Assembly (NCBI GenBank): GCA_950097015.1
Contig: CATNEN010000041.1
Span: forward strand, 124,001 to 188,000
Direction of reading: 5' to 3'
DNA length: 64,000 nt
DNA from: Macrostomum hystrix
Lineage: Eukaryota > Animalia > Platyhelminthes
The position numbers and the translations under genes are program-made. Positions 23,028 through 35,800 of this stretch are shown piece after piece. Numbering within the stretch: position 1 is the first letter of the stretch; the number at the start of each line of letters is the position of its first letter. The notes beneath the pieces were generated by a model. The model was not told where the DNA came from, searched no databases, and worked only from the letters and a program-made list of their open reading frames with translations.

Positions 23028-23508
23028 GCTGGCAGGTTTGGAGCAGCGGCGGAAATCAATTAATGCGGCGGGAGCAGCTATGACTGCCTTTAGAATGTCA
23101 GATGCTTCGTCATCTAAATAGCCTAAATAGACCTGTGCAATCTCAAAAACTACTCGAATACTTGGCGATCTGAGGTCTGAGAGTTGCGGGTGCTTCTACT
23201 GTCAAAGCGTGGAGCTGAAAGGGTGCCATATCTGAGTCTATTTAGCAGCTTAAGCTTGGAGCAGACCAATAAAAACTACAATTAAAGAAAAAAATTGAAA
23301 GGCAGGACAAAGAAAACCTTATGTGTGATGAACAGAGCTAGGCATTGTGCGCTAAGCGCTCAGAATATGTGCAAACTTCTTATTTATAAAAACTATATTA
23401 GTGCACGCAGCGACGGCCGATCGACAGCAAGAATGTGAAAGTTCAACACTGCACTGATTGCTATCTGAGGGACAAGAAATTCATAGATAAATTGGATCCA
23501 GTCTGCTG

Positions 23509-25485
23509 CTATTTCCGTCCGCTTCTCTTCTTGCTGGGGCCGGCCGCAGCGGCTCCGGACCCCGTCCTGCCCGGCTGCTGCTCGCCCACCATCAGCTGGC
23601 TGGCAGCCGCTTCATCCTGACTGAGCTGGGCTGCCAGCTGCTGCCCAGCCTCCAGGTGGGCGTATAGGTCGCGCATCTCCTCGCGCAGCTGCTCCAGCTC
23701 TTCGTCTTTTTTGCGCAATTCGGCGAGGCGGCGAGACTGAAATGTGCGAATTTGATTGAGAACTGATCCAAATTAATGAAGTGTCACCGCCTGTGCTCAC
23801 CTGCTCAGACATCAGCTTGTCCTGCAGTTCGCGCTGATTAGCAGTCAGGCCGGCGTTAAAGCCACGCTCCTCGTCCAGCTCCTTCTGCAGCTTCTGCAGC
23901 CGGCTTGAGGTGTGGCCCAGCCGCTTGTCGAGGGCGGCCCGCTCGCGACGGGCCTCCTCAAGATCAGCGGAGGCCCGCAACCGCTGCTCTCGCTCCTGCT
24001 CAGCCTGCGGCAGGTGGATTGGTAGGTAGGTTGGCAGGTAGGTTAGCAGGTGGATTAAGAGGTAGGTTAGCAAGTGGATTGGTAGGCAGGTAAGCATGTG
24101 GATTGGTAGGCAGGTATGGGTGGACCCACCTGCAGCGCGGCCTCCCGCAGGTTCTCAGCCTGCCGCTCGAGTTGCTCCTCATAAAACAGTCGCTGGCTCT
24201 CCAGCTGAGAGGTGAGCAGGTATGTGTACTCCAAGGTGACAGCGTCCAGCTTATCGTCGGGCGCGTCGCCGCCTACCTGCACCAGCTTGCCGTCAGCCTT
24301 GTTCAGCACCAGCCGGTGAACAAAATTGTCGCCGCAGTAGTCCCACACCCGGTCGGTGCCCACCTGCAATGAGCGGAGGAGTTGGGTTTTGACTTGAGTT
24401 TTCTACTCAAAAAGTTGTGGGTCACGTGATCAAGCGGTGGGACCACACGAGCAGCCACCCACCTCCATGGCGAAGGTGTGGCTGGTACTGCTGAAGTGCT
24501 CGTAGGCGTGGCCGCCAGTGTATCTGCCGCAGCCCACGTAGCCGCAGATCAGGCAGATCCACAGGTTGTCGGTTTCGCCGCAGCGGGCGCAGCGGTTGCC
24601 GTCGGCGGATGGCGGCGTGGCCACGTAGCGGCAGACGGGGCAGGAGGCCTCGTGCCACTTGTCCAGGCAGCGCAGGTGGAAGCTGTGGTTGCAGAGGATG
24701 GTGAGGATGCCGCGCAGTGGCTCATCCAGCCGGTCCAGGCACACGGGACAGGTGGGCAGCTCCACCAGGTCGCGCACGGGGAATCGGCAGCCCTGTGAGC
24801 GGGTGTCGATGCGGGCCACGTAGGCCAGGCAGCAGGTGACATCGGGCTCCAGCGAGTTGAACGGGGCGCCGTGCTGGGTGCTGTAGAAGCGGTCGGCTGC
24901 GGTCTGGTTGGTGAACTGAAGCAGCACCATGAACTGGCCGGGGCTGCGATCCCGGATCACTTTCATCTCCAGCAGGTCAGAGCCGCTGACGGCCACGAAT
25001 TGGGCCAGGTCCACCACGGTCATGTGCGCCGGCACGGAGAGCATGACCAGCATGGAGGGCCGGGCGGTGCCCCAGTCGCCGGTGTCCTTCAGCAGGTGCA
25101 GCAGGCCGTGGGTCAGGCCAGCCGAAGGGTTCCCGGAGAAGAAGGCCCTCTCGATGGTAACGGACGGAGCCAAGGACAGCGAAGGCGGCTTCGGCTCGGT
25201 CGATGGCTGCGGCTCCAAGGGCTGCTGCTCCGCCATGACCGCCAGATTCTGCGGACTGATCGTAGCTATGAAGATTTCGCTGGGGACTCGATGGCCGCGG
25301 CACTCGTCAGCTGCGTCGGCGTTTGAAGCCACAGCCGGGGCGGACTCACTCAGGTGGCGAGTGTAGAAGGGGGCGCAGTAGCTCAGGCGAGCTGGCGGCT
25401 GCGCGGTGGCGCGGAAGTCGCCGTCAGTCAGCTCCAACAGCAGCACCAAGAAGCTGGGCCGCGGGCTGGCTTCACAGCTGTCCAT
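23509..25485 (-). CDS. BRAP: BRCA1-associated protein (BRAP2/IMP/RNF52): BRAP2 domain, RING-H2, UBP-type zinc finger, coiled coil; 4 exons
   Basis: [24 protein letters not shown]....CPVCRY; [20 protein letters not shown]; spliced AME|[18 protein letters not shown]; C-terminal coiled coil. Confidence 0.93.
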
Positions 25486-25527
25486 GCCATGGGTTGGCGG
25501 CCTGCAACCGTTTGAGCTTTGGGTTGT

Positions 25528-26010
25528 GGAACTGACAGACAGCTGATTCCTGGGGTCGTGGAACTGACAGACACCTGATTCCTGGTGTCATGGAACTGAC
25601 ATACACCTGATTCCTGGGGTCATGGAACTGACAGACACCTGATTCCTGGGGTCATGGAACTGACAGACACCTGATTCCTGGGGTCATGGAACTGACAGAC
25701 ACCTGATTCCTGGGGTCATGGAACTGACAGACACCTGATTCCTGGGGTCATGGAACTGACAGACACCTGATTCCTGGGGTCATGGAACTGACAGACACCT
25801 GATTCCTGGTGTCATGGAACTGACAGACACCTGATTCCTGGGGTCATGGAACTGACAGACACCTGATTCCTGGGGTCATGGAACTGACAGACACCTGATT
25901 CCTGGGGTCATGGAACTGACAGACACCTGATTCCTGGTGTCATGGAACTGACAGACACCTGATTCCTGGGGTCATGGAACTGACAGACACCTGATTCCTG
26001 GGGTCATGGA
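25528..26010. repeat. 32-bp minisatellite, about 15 copies, between XRN1 3' end and BRAP start
   Basis: Unit ggaactgacagacacctgattcctggggtcat. Confidence 0.95.
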
Positions 26011-26848
26011 GCGACAAACAAATGTCACAAATGAGCAAGCAAAGGCATCCAAAGAGACATCTAGATGACAGCAAACCACTGCTATTATATTTAACCGCAT
26101 CAATCCACAGCACTGGGCCATTGGCGGAAAGGCATAGAGCTAACAACATGTGCAGAGATGGAGACACCAGAGAAAGATACCGCATTGTTTGAGAATAAAA
26201 ACAATGAAATCACGGCCTAGACAGAACAACTCACAACTCACAACTCAGTGATAGAGATTACATGGGCCAGGCTTTTACATGTGTGCCGAACAAGTTAGAA
26301 TCATTATAAATTAAAACAAACGGACAGGCATTAAACATGGGGGCGGCTGAATTCGCCACTGAGCTCATAGATGAGGTCACGGGTTCGAATCCAAGTTATC
26401 CAACGGCACGCTATGCTCAATGTATGCTCAAAGTTTGACAATGAGAGTCACTGTCAATGGTTTTCCACAGAGCTCAGAATGGGAATGACGCTGAATGACA
26501 TGACTGTCATTAAAGAGTACGGAGCAAATCAATCAGCAAAATGAAAGGTCAAACCCAAGGGCCCTTTTAATAAAACAAGAAAAACAGCAATAAAAATCAA
26601 AGGATGCCGGATCCGGGGCCATGGCATGTCATGACACTATGAGTGAGGCTGAGCACAGCAGGCATTTATAAAACTGATAAAACCGGACAGTTAGACGAGG
26701 CGGGTGGACGAGTTCGGGTCTGGTCGAGGCGCCACTGTGGCAGCCAATCTAAGAAAATAAAAAAACAAGCAAGCAGGCTAAACAGTGTTTCATTCAGTAT
26801 TTCATTGCACTGCACAAGTCGTGAGAATAGTCTCAGAGACCATCAGTT

Positions 26849-29800
26849 TTAGGGCTGCTGCGAGGCCATCTGGTTGAAGTTGATGCCCAGCCGCTTCTTT
26901 GCGGAACCAGATTTCGACGGCTTCTTGCCGCCGCCTGCCTCAGCACCGTTCGGCGACTTTTGCTGCTGCTGCTTGGGAATGGTGGCCGCTGTAGGCTGCG
27001 CCGCCGTTGTTTCCGGGGCCGGCTGAGCAGCGGGAGTTGGGATCTGCAGCATAGCACGCAGAGCCTGCTCAACTGCTTGAGCTTTTGCAGCTTGTTGCGG
27101 CTGCTGCTGCTGCTGTTGCTTCTGTACTGGGGCAGCAGCCTGGTAAGTATAGTTTGATGTGGGCTTGTTGCTTTGCTGCTGCTGCTGCTGGGACTTTTGT
27201 CTTTGATGATGCTGCTGCTGAGGCTGCTGCTGCACTTTCAGCGAATCGCAATAGTCGCACAGCTGTTCCACCTGCACGGCGCGGTGCAGCGATGGAAATG
27301 AGGGTCTGGAGCATGAAGACTTAATCGATCATTAACGAAAGAGGGACTCACCGCGTTTAACTTGGCTTCGGCTCGACTCCGCATTGGCTTGCTCTCCAGA
27401 ACGAAGCCGTTAGGGAAGCGAATGACTGCGGAGGAGCTGCCAGGCCCGTACACCTGGAAATCTATGCTGGGTGGCGGCCAGTCCCATTCGACTAGCAGGG
27501 AGTCCAGCATGCGTTGAGCCTTCTGTTCAGCAAAGGGAGCCGGCTGCTGCTGCTGCTGCTGCGGCGGTTTTGGCTGCTGTTGTTGAATCGCAGACACCAG
27601 GGCGGAGAAGTTGAAAGAGCCAGGTTGTTGTTGCTGCTGCTGTGGTGACTGCTGCTGCTGCTGTGGTGACTGCTGCTGCTGCTGTGGTGACTGCTGCTGC
27701 TGCTGTGGTGACTGCTGCTGCTGCTGTGGTGACTGCTGCTGCTGCTGTGGTGACTGCTGCTGCTGCTGTGGTGACTGCTGCTGCTGCTTCATAAACTGCT
27801 GCAGAAACTGCTTCTGCTGCTGCTTATTGTGGCTGTACTGCTGCTGCTGCTTCTGCTGCTGCAGATCTGTCCACAGCTGGATGTGCTGGTCAGGCCGGTC
27901 CTGGCAGGCCACGGTGTACCGATTGTTGGGATTGGTCCGCTCACCGTGGCTGAGGTTGAGCACGGCGGTGCGGCTCACCAGGCAGCAGCCGTCGACGCCG
28001 CGGATGGTCGCGCTGCCCTCGAACGGCTCGTCCATGAGCAGCTCCAGCTCCGGGTCGCTTTCGCTAACGCCTGGAATTAGTGACATTTAATTGGTTCAGA
28101 GAGTTGCTAGTGGTTTCACATCTGGTTTCTGGGCTGACTTTGGAATTGATCTTTTGATCTCTTTTGGAGCCTTAATCTCACAGCGGACTGGAACTGTGCC
28201 ACACGGGGCCCGTCACTGCAGCCAATCTGGTACCAGGGAGTGCATGAAATCAGGGCTTCAGAGGCCCAGGCTGCTATTCAGGCTCACTCACAGGCTCTGA
28301 TGCCGATGATGGTGCCCGTGCTGTCCAGTGGTGGCCCGGAGCCCGGCCGACACACAACCACGCGATCCTTCAGCCGGTGCACAGCGGCCGGGTCGGGCAG
28401 GCAGTGCCGGGTGTCGGACTGGCAGCGGTACAGGCTGCTCGCTGGCAGCTCTCGCGCCGACACCTCCGGCTTCGGCAGGCGGGGCAGCTGGGCGTCCAAG
28501 GCACGGCGGATCAGGCCGACGGAGCGGCCGGACAGGATGCTGCTGCCCACCGGAACCCGCTCGGCGCCGGCGCAGGGCAAGCGGCGCAGGAAGCCGGTGA
28601 GTTGCTCAACAGGCGGCGGCGACGAGCCCCACACCCGTTCGGCGCTGAGGTCCACGGAGTCGTTGACAGAACCGGTTGCTAGGCAACGGAATAGTTCGGG
28701 AAATTGGGCCGCGTAGTCGCGTATGACCTGGGCCAGGGCCGGAGAATACTGCCAGCCCATCGAGGCGTCCTTGCGTGTCCAGCCAGCTACCTCCTGGAAC
28801 AGGGGGAGTTTAAACAGTGCGGTCAGTTGCCCGGGTAAAAATAAATCCGTTTTTACTCATTTCTGGTCTGCTTTTTCTTAACTCCGCTGGCTTGGGTACC
28901 AAGATCGTGTGAGAGCTTTGTCTGTCCGTTTAGTTACTAAAATTAACGCTCGTCAAACACATGTTGTACTAACTATCCTTCATCTCGCAACACACATAGT
29001 TCCCAGCAGACGCGCTACTGGATGAGCTGCTCTATCATGATGCTCATCCGACTGTCTCCTTAGCACGTGCTATCAGTGAGATCCAGGTGTGCAGCGGAGC
29101 CTTTAAGTTGTGGCAAGGAGGTCTTGGGCGCCTGCTTGCAATCGTGCATGCGATTGTGCCTGACAGCCGCCTACCAAAGTTAGCTTACAAGCTCAACAAA
29201 ATCTCGACTGCGTCTGCTCTGGGGTCCTCCAAATGTTATACAGTTTGTAAAAAGTCTCAGCAATTTGCCGGGTCGATGCCACAAGGGCTCACAGTGTCAA
29301 ATTTGTGGTTCCGACTAAGTTAGCAATTTATGGCTAATGGATGTGCAGCTTCTTCAAACTACTTACAGGGGAAACTCTTAATAACTCGTAGTAGTGGCGA
29401 AAATATGCAAAATGAAATCGGTAATTTATCTGCTTCAGGTGATAACGAAGAAACAAGCAGTGCTCAGCTCGACTCACATGACCAGCCCTGTTGAACTTCA
29501 GATCCAGGCCCACGTTCAGCCGACGATTGCGCCCGTCTGTGGCTGAAGAGGCACCTGTGTCAGCGTCGAGAGCGTCTGCAGAAAGCGGCGACTTCGGTGG
29601 CTGCGGCAGTGTGACCATCACCGTGCCGGTGATGCGCGAGACCAGGTGACCCGAGTAGCCTGTTAAAGAACAGTTGGGCATCCTAGAGGGCAGCCACGCA
29701 GGGATTGAGAAGGCAGAAAGTGCTTACCTGTATGCTGAGCAAGCGCCTGAGCAGACAGAAACCGATCCTCCGAGTCCACCACGGTGAGGTCCGGCTGGCG

Positions 29801-32800
29801 ACGCACGCGCAGCTGCACCTGAATCCGAGCGTTCGGCTTGTGACCCAGTACGGGGCCGCTCATGCCGTAGCAATTGCCCTTGCAGATAAACACTAGCTCG
29901 CCCACTGGCAGGGCCTGCTCAATGCGCAGCTCCGGCCCGGATTCCGGGGCCGCCTCGGGCAGGCAGCGCTGCAGCACAAACGGCAGCGCGCCCTGCGACC
30001 ACTGCGAGCGCTTGCGGGCTGCGCCGTCACGGCCGAACTCGAGCACGCGGCCCATCAGAGTCTTGGCGGTCAGCACGCACGGAGTCTCGTCTGGGTGCGC
30101 ATTGCGGTGGGTTTCGCTTTAAAGATTGGGAACTGTTTGGCTGATATGAGACTGGAAGTTGGGAATGTCTGAGGGTGCCAGGGAGTGACTATATGTCGGG
30201 GTGACTAGGCGGTATTCAGGAAGTGACTGGGAATTCCGTGAAGTGAGGGGCATTCAGGGAGTAAACATAGTCGGACCCGCAATTCACCGCTGATGGAGAT
30301 TCCAAAGCGGGACATGGACTCCTGGCGCACCAGAGACCATTCGTTGTACACAGTCTCAGCGTCCGACTCAGACAGCAGATCTGACTGGACGCTGCCGTCC
30401 GGCCGGCGAGTGTAGCGCCGCGTGGCCGAGCTGACAGCCACGGCCAGGACCTCGCTGAGGTGCGGCCAGCTGGCCAGAACTGTGCGGCCCAGCAGGGCGG
30501 CCGCGGCGCGTTCCACCCGCGCCTCATCGAATTGACAGTCAGTGAGGGTGAGCACGGTGTTCTCACCGCGGCTGGCGAACTGGAACACCTTTACGCCAGC
30601 TTTGCGCAGCTCGGCGCTGAATGGCAGGCCGTGCAGCACGGGGAAGCCGGGCAAGTGGGCGGCGCGGCACGCGGGCGGCGCGAGTTTATCGGCGCCAATT
30701 CGAAAGCCGAACGGCTCGATCTCGGTTGTTCGGCAGCGCCGGCCAGCCGGGTCCCATTCGAACAGGAGGTGCGGCCGGAAGCAGTTCCGATCCCGCTCGT
30801 CCTGGCTGAGCTGGGCCAGGCGGGGATGCATGGCGTCCAGCAGCTGCTGCTCATCGATGAACGGGATGAGCACCACGGCCTCCCAGTCCTGCTTCTTGCC
30901 GTTGAGATCTGACTCGAACTCAACCGGGTAGAAGTGCTTTATGGGCGAGTCGGGCGACACCATGAGCGGGCGGAGGCACTCGGGCAGCAGGACGCCGCTG
31001 GCGGCTGGCAGCACGGCCATGAGCTGCTGGAAGGGCAGGAATGGGTGGCCCAGGTCGAACTGCAGGTCCAGATCGGCGAAGTCGCGCACGTCCGAGATAT
31101 AGCTGCGGGATGGAGAGGCGGAACCATGACCAGCTTAGAATAATGACCAATGAACTGCACAATGACCATTGAGATATCTTTTGTGTTTGAGTATTGTAAG
31201 AAAACTGTTGGAACAAATAAGACCAAATAATAACCAACTTGGTACAGCAAAGGATGCCTGTCCTGTCTCTGTAGGATTAAAGGATTCTACAGATTTAGGA
31301 TCTCTATAATTATTCCGAAGTATAAAATTTTAGTTCATGGTGGTAGGAGAAACTGAATTTAAACAGTGGCAGGTAAAAAAACTGCTGGAACTCACGGAGC
31401 ATAGTGCTGCGGGTAGTACCAGCCCCACGAGGGCACGCCCCTGTAGTAATAGTAAAGCACCCACTGCAGGCCGCGCACGTACTCCCGTGTCTGCCGGCGC
31501 CGCTCAGTCTCATCGTATAGCAGGCCCATCTTGCCCTGCGGACATGTTTAAAGTTGAGACTGGGTGTCACATCATACTGCTGCATCCCCAACCTGATAAT
31601 ACTGCTGCATCCCCAATCTGATAATCCTGCTGCATCCCCAACCTGATAATACTCCAGCTGCATCCCCAACCTGATAATACTGTTGCATCCCCAACCTGAT
31701 AATACTGCTGCATCCCCAACCTGATAATACTGCTGCATCCCCAATCTGATAATCCTGCTGCATCCCCAACCTGATAATACTCCAGCTGCATCCCCAACCT
31801 GATAATACTCCTGCTTCATCATCTGCATCTCGTCCGCCAGAAATTCCTCCTCGCCGGACGAGTCGGACTGTCCAGAGCCTCCGGCAGCTTTCTCGCCGCC
31901 AGCCGAAGCTGCGGCAGCAGCGGCAAAGAACGAGTCCAGCAGGTCCGGCTGGCCCAGGCGTTCCAGCTCGCGAGCCATTCGCTCGCCCTGGCGGCCCTTC
32001 ATCCAGCGCATGTCGCTGCACTTTTCCCGCAGGGTGTCGTCGTCGAACTGAGCCAGAGTGGCGAAGTAGGCCTGCAATCGGCGGGTCAGGACGGGGCTGC
32101 TACAGAATGGAATGCCGACTCAGATGCAGAACTTTAGCATGGGAAAGTTACTTTCAAGAATTATGACAGCTAATATGAGGATGGGACAGCCAATCTGAGG
32201 ATGGGACAGCCAATCAGAGAATGGGACAGCCAATCTGAGGATTGGACAGCCAATCAGAGAATGGGACAGCCAATCTGAGCATGGGGCAGCCAATCTGAGG
32301 ATGGGACAGCCAATCTGAGGATGGGACAGCCAATCTGAGGATGGGACAGCCAATCTGAGGATGGAACAGCCAATCTGAGGATGGGACAGCCAATCTGAGG
32401 ATGGGACAGCCAATCTGAGGATGGGACAGCCAATCTGAGGATGGGACAGCCAATCTGAGGATGGGACAGCCAATCTGAGGATGGGACAGTCAATCTGAGG
32501 ATGGGACAGCCAATCTGAGGATGGGACAGCCAATCTGAGGATGGGACAGCCAATCTGAGGATGGGACAGCCAATCTGAGGATGGGACAGCCAGTCCAATC
32601 GCACCTGCAGCCTGTCCAGCGCAATCTCTCCGTTGGACTGCAGGTAGCCGTCAAGGGTAGGCAGCACCTTCTTGTAGGTGTTCCACAGCAGCGGCAGGGC
32701 CTCGGAGTGAATGTGCAGGTCGGGCAGGTGCGGCAAGAAGTCGTTGCCAACCAGGAAGCCGAGCAGAACCCAGTCGTCGATGATGCGCTCGAGATCGTAG

Positions 32801-35800
32801 CCGAAGTTCAGATCGGAGCGGATGCTGCGGAACTCGATGTCGATATAGTCGCGCAGCAGGGACAGGTGCAACAGGAAGAATGTGATGGTCTCCGGGGCGC
32901 TGGCCTTGGCCTGCGACCTCTTGTCCTTCTTGCCGCCGAATCGAACCTGTTGTTTGGGTTACAACCCGAGCAGCAGAATTAATCGTTTCACTTAGTTTTA
33001 GTCTTTACAACATAGGTCTGCGGCGGGAGCAACTATAACCGCGTTTAGATCGCTCTGATGCTTCGCCACCTAATTAGTTAACATAGAACTACCAAGGGGG
33101 AATTCCCACCCCTGACAAGTTTTTGCTGCACCCGAACGGTCGGAGCAACGCAAGCACACGAAACTCAAGAACACGGGCCAACCTTTTGTTTCGCATCTTC
33201 TGAAACAAGAATCAAGTCGCCAGCTTTTTAGACCGTTGAGATATTCAATTGTTCTGGCCGAAGGTCGGATTTTTCCCATAAGCGCTAGTGTGTTTCATAT
33301 ACCGCTATACACGAATTAGCACTGCGCCACAGTGAGGCCTTGAAAATTATCAGCACGTCACCCGAATGTGCCTGCATCACCTCCATCTTCGGTGGTCACC
33401 TACCTTTATCTAGTCTGATTTACTGGATCTTCAAGGGCTACAACAGGTGGAAATAGGCCACTATGGACACCCTGACGCGAATTTCTCGAATTTCACTAAT
33501 CAAGCCTAAATATTAGGCGCAGCTCAACCACAGGACACCCTCGCCTAGTCTGTCATCCAATCAGGCACCACCCAGCGCTGTTAGCATTCGAGCGCTGTCA
33601 AAAAAATTCAGGGGGGCGGGGGAGAAATTCCCGGGGTGGGGGAATAAAAATGGGCGGCAAAATGGCTTGGTAGCCCTACTGTTAAGAGACCGCTTATGTT
33701 ATCGGGAGCCGGAATTTCAAACCTCTTCTCTGAGCAGCGAGAAGTGCGCCTGGTGGCTGGCCAGTCCCAACATGATGAGGTCGGCATCCAGGCCGTACAG
33801 GCAGTGCCTAGTGTCCGGGTCATAGTCAGGCCGGCTGCGCTCGTAGCGAATGAACTCCATGATCTTGTGCTCGCCCTCGCCAGGAGTCTGATGGCCGGAC
33901 AGCACCACGCGGATGCCGCGCCACAGCGGATCCTCGGCAACCCGGCGCGCGGCGAATTCCGTCAGCGCGGCCTGCAGGCGAGTCATAAACGGCGTGCCCG
34001 GAGTGATGCAGTTCGAGTCGAAACGCGACTCGGTTGGCAAGGTCTCGCCCTTGCGAACGGCCTTCGCCTCCTGGACCTCGGCCTCCTTGGCTGAGCGGAA
34101 GCGGCGCGACCGCTGCTGGTTCATCTTCGCCCTGCGGAGAAACAGGTCCAAAGAATAGAAGCTTGGATTACGAGCGGATTTGGGAGGGCGGAAGCTCTTC
34201 TGGGGATCTGGGAGGGCAGAAGCTCTTCTGGGGATTTGGGAGGGCGGAAGCTCTACTAGGGATCTGGGAGGGCGGAAGCTCTTCTGGGGATCTGGGAGGG
34301 GGAGGCTTATCTGGGGAACAAACACCTAATTGTGTAGTTAAGTATCAAAGGGCAGACAAAGTATTACCTGGGAGCGACGCCGTCCACAGCCATGAAGAAG
34401 ACCTTCTTTGGCTTGATCATGCGGAATATAAAGTCAACATAATTTATCACATTCTTGAACATCTGTTCCTCAGACATGCGAAAGTGTATGTTGTCATCCT
34501 CTGGATGGGAGCATGGATGGATGATGCCATTCATGTCCAGGTACAGATTGTCGAACTCTGGGATCTATGTGGTGATTTAATAGGTTAAAATATTTTTAAA
34601 AAGTTAATAGACTTCTTGAATAGTTATATTTAGATCTTAAATATCTCAGCTCTCTTACTGTAATGGTACATGTAGATTGTATACAATGTTGCTATAGTTG
34701 GAGTTCACTAATCATTAAATTATATTATGTTAGATTATCAACTTTTGTCAAGTTTATATATTTCTTGTGGTATCACTTTTTGCAATGAATGTTTTTAAGA
34801 CACAGTGCCGGGTCTTAATGCGAGCTCTAACTTTGACTTGTAATTAGTTAAATAAATTAAATAGAACGATCTTCTTAATGGCTATTATACAACAAAACTG
34901 TTACAAGAAAAAGTCTAAACCAAAATAGACTCATTACATTCTATTTTATGGCATAGAGAATAGATAGTAAAAAAATAGTCAAAATATCATCATACATGTT
35001 ATATTTTTTTTTAATTTTTTCCCTATTGTCATAAAATAACATCGTAGGTGACCGTGGCATGACGCGAATGCGCGTCAAACGCGAAAATAACGCGAATACG
35101 CGAATTCTATCACCCCGACGTGAAAATTAAGGGCAATGGAGAACGCGAAAAAAACAAAATGCTACTTATAAGATTTTTAAGGATTGTATTGTCTAATAGG
35201 CTTTCATACAAATGGTTATTAAATAAATAACTATTGAATTATTTATTGTGCAGTATCGAACTTAAATAAAATGATGCTATCACTGTTTTTTATCGTCTTT
35301 ATTTTGTTAGATGTGTGGATTTTTAGGATTCAGCTAATAATAAATACCATGAGATAGATAGACGTGTTATCTATGCAAATATTGACTTGTGAAAGCAAGG
35401 ACAGTTTGCTTGTACTATTTGTTTATCTTTTGACACTTTCAGCCATTCGACAACTTAATCCAGCGCCTCCATGAGCCTAAGTAAAAGCCCGAGGTTACCA
35501 GTGGCTTGGAATGAAGACTGGCTGGAGTGCATTGATAACAATGGCGACAAGATTGGCATCTGGGCAAAGAAGCTCGACAACGAGGGCATCACAGTGCGCT
35601 GCAACTGGTGTGCCAAAACTTTTGAAATCAAAAGTGGCCTGACCAACTTTAAAAGCCAAGCAGAGGCTGCCAAACATATAAAAGATTTCGTCCAGCAGAA
35701 AGAACTGTGCTCCACTGCCAGTGGTGACTCAAATCCGAACTGATGTTGAAGGCGCTGCTGAAGCCAACTCAGGCAATACATTTGCTTCCACCACAATAGA

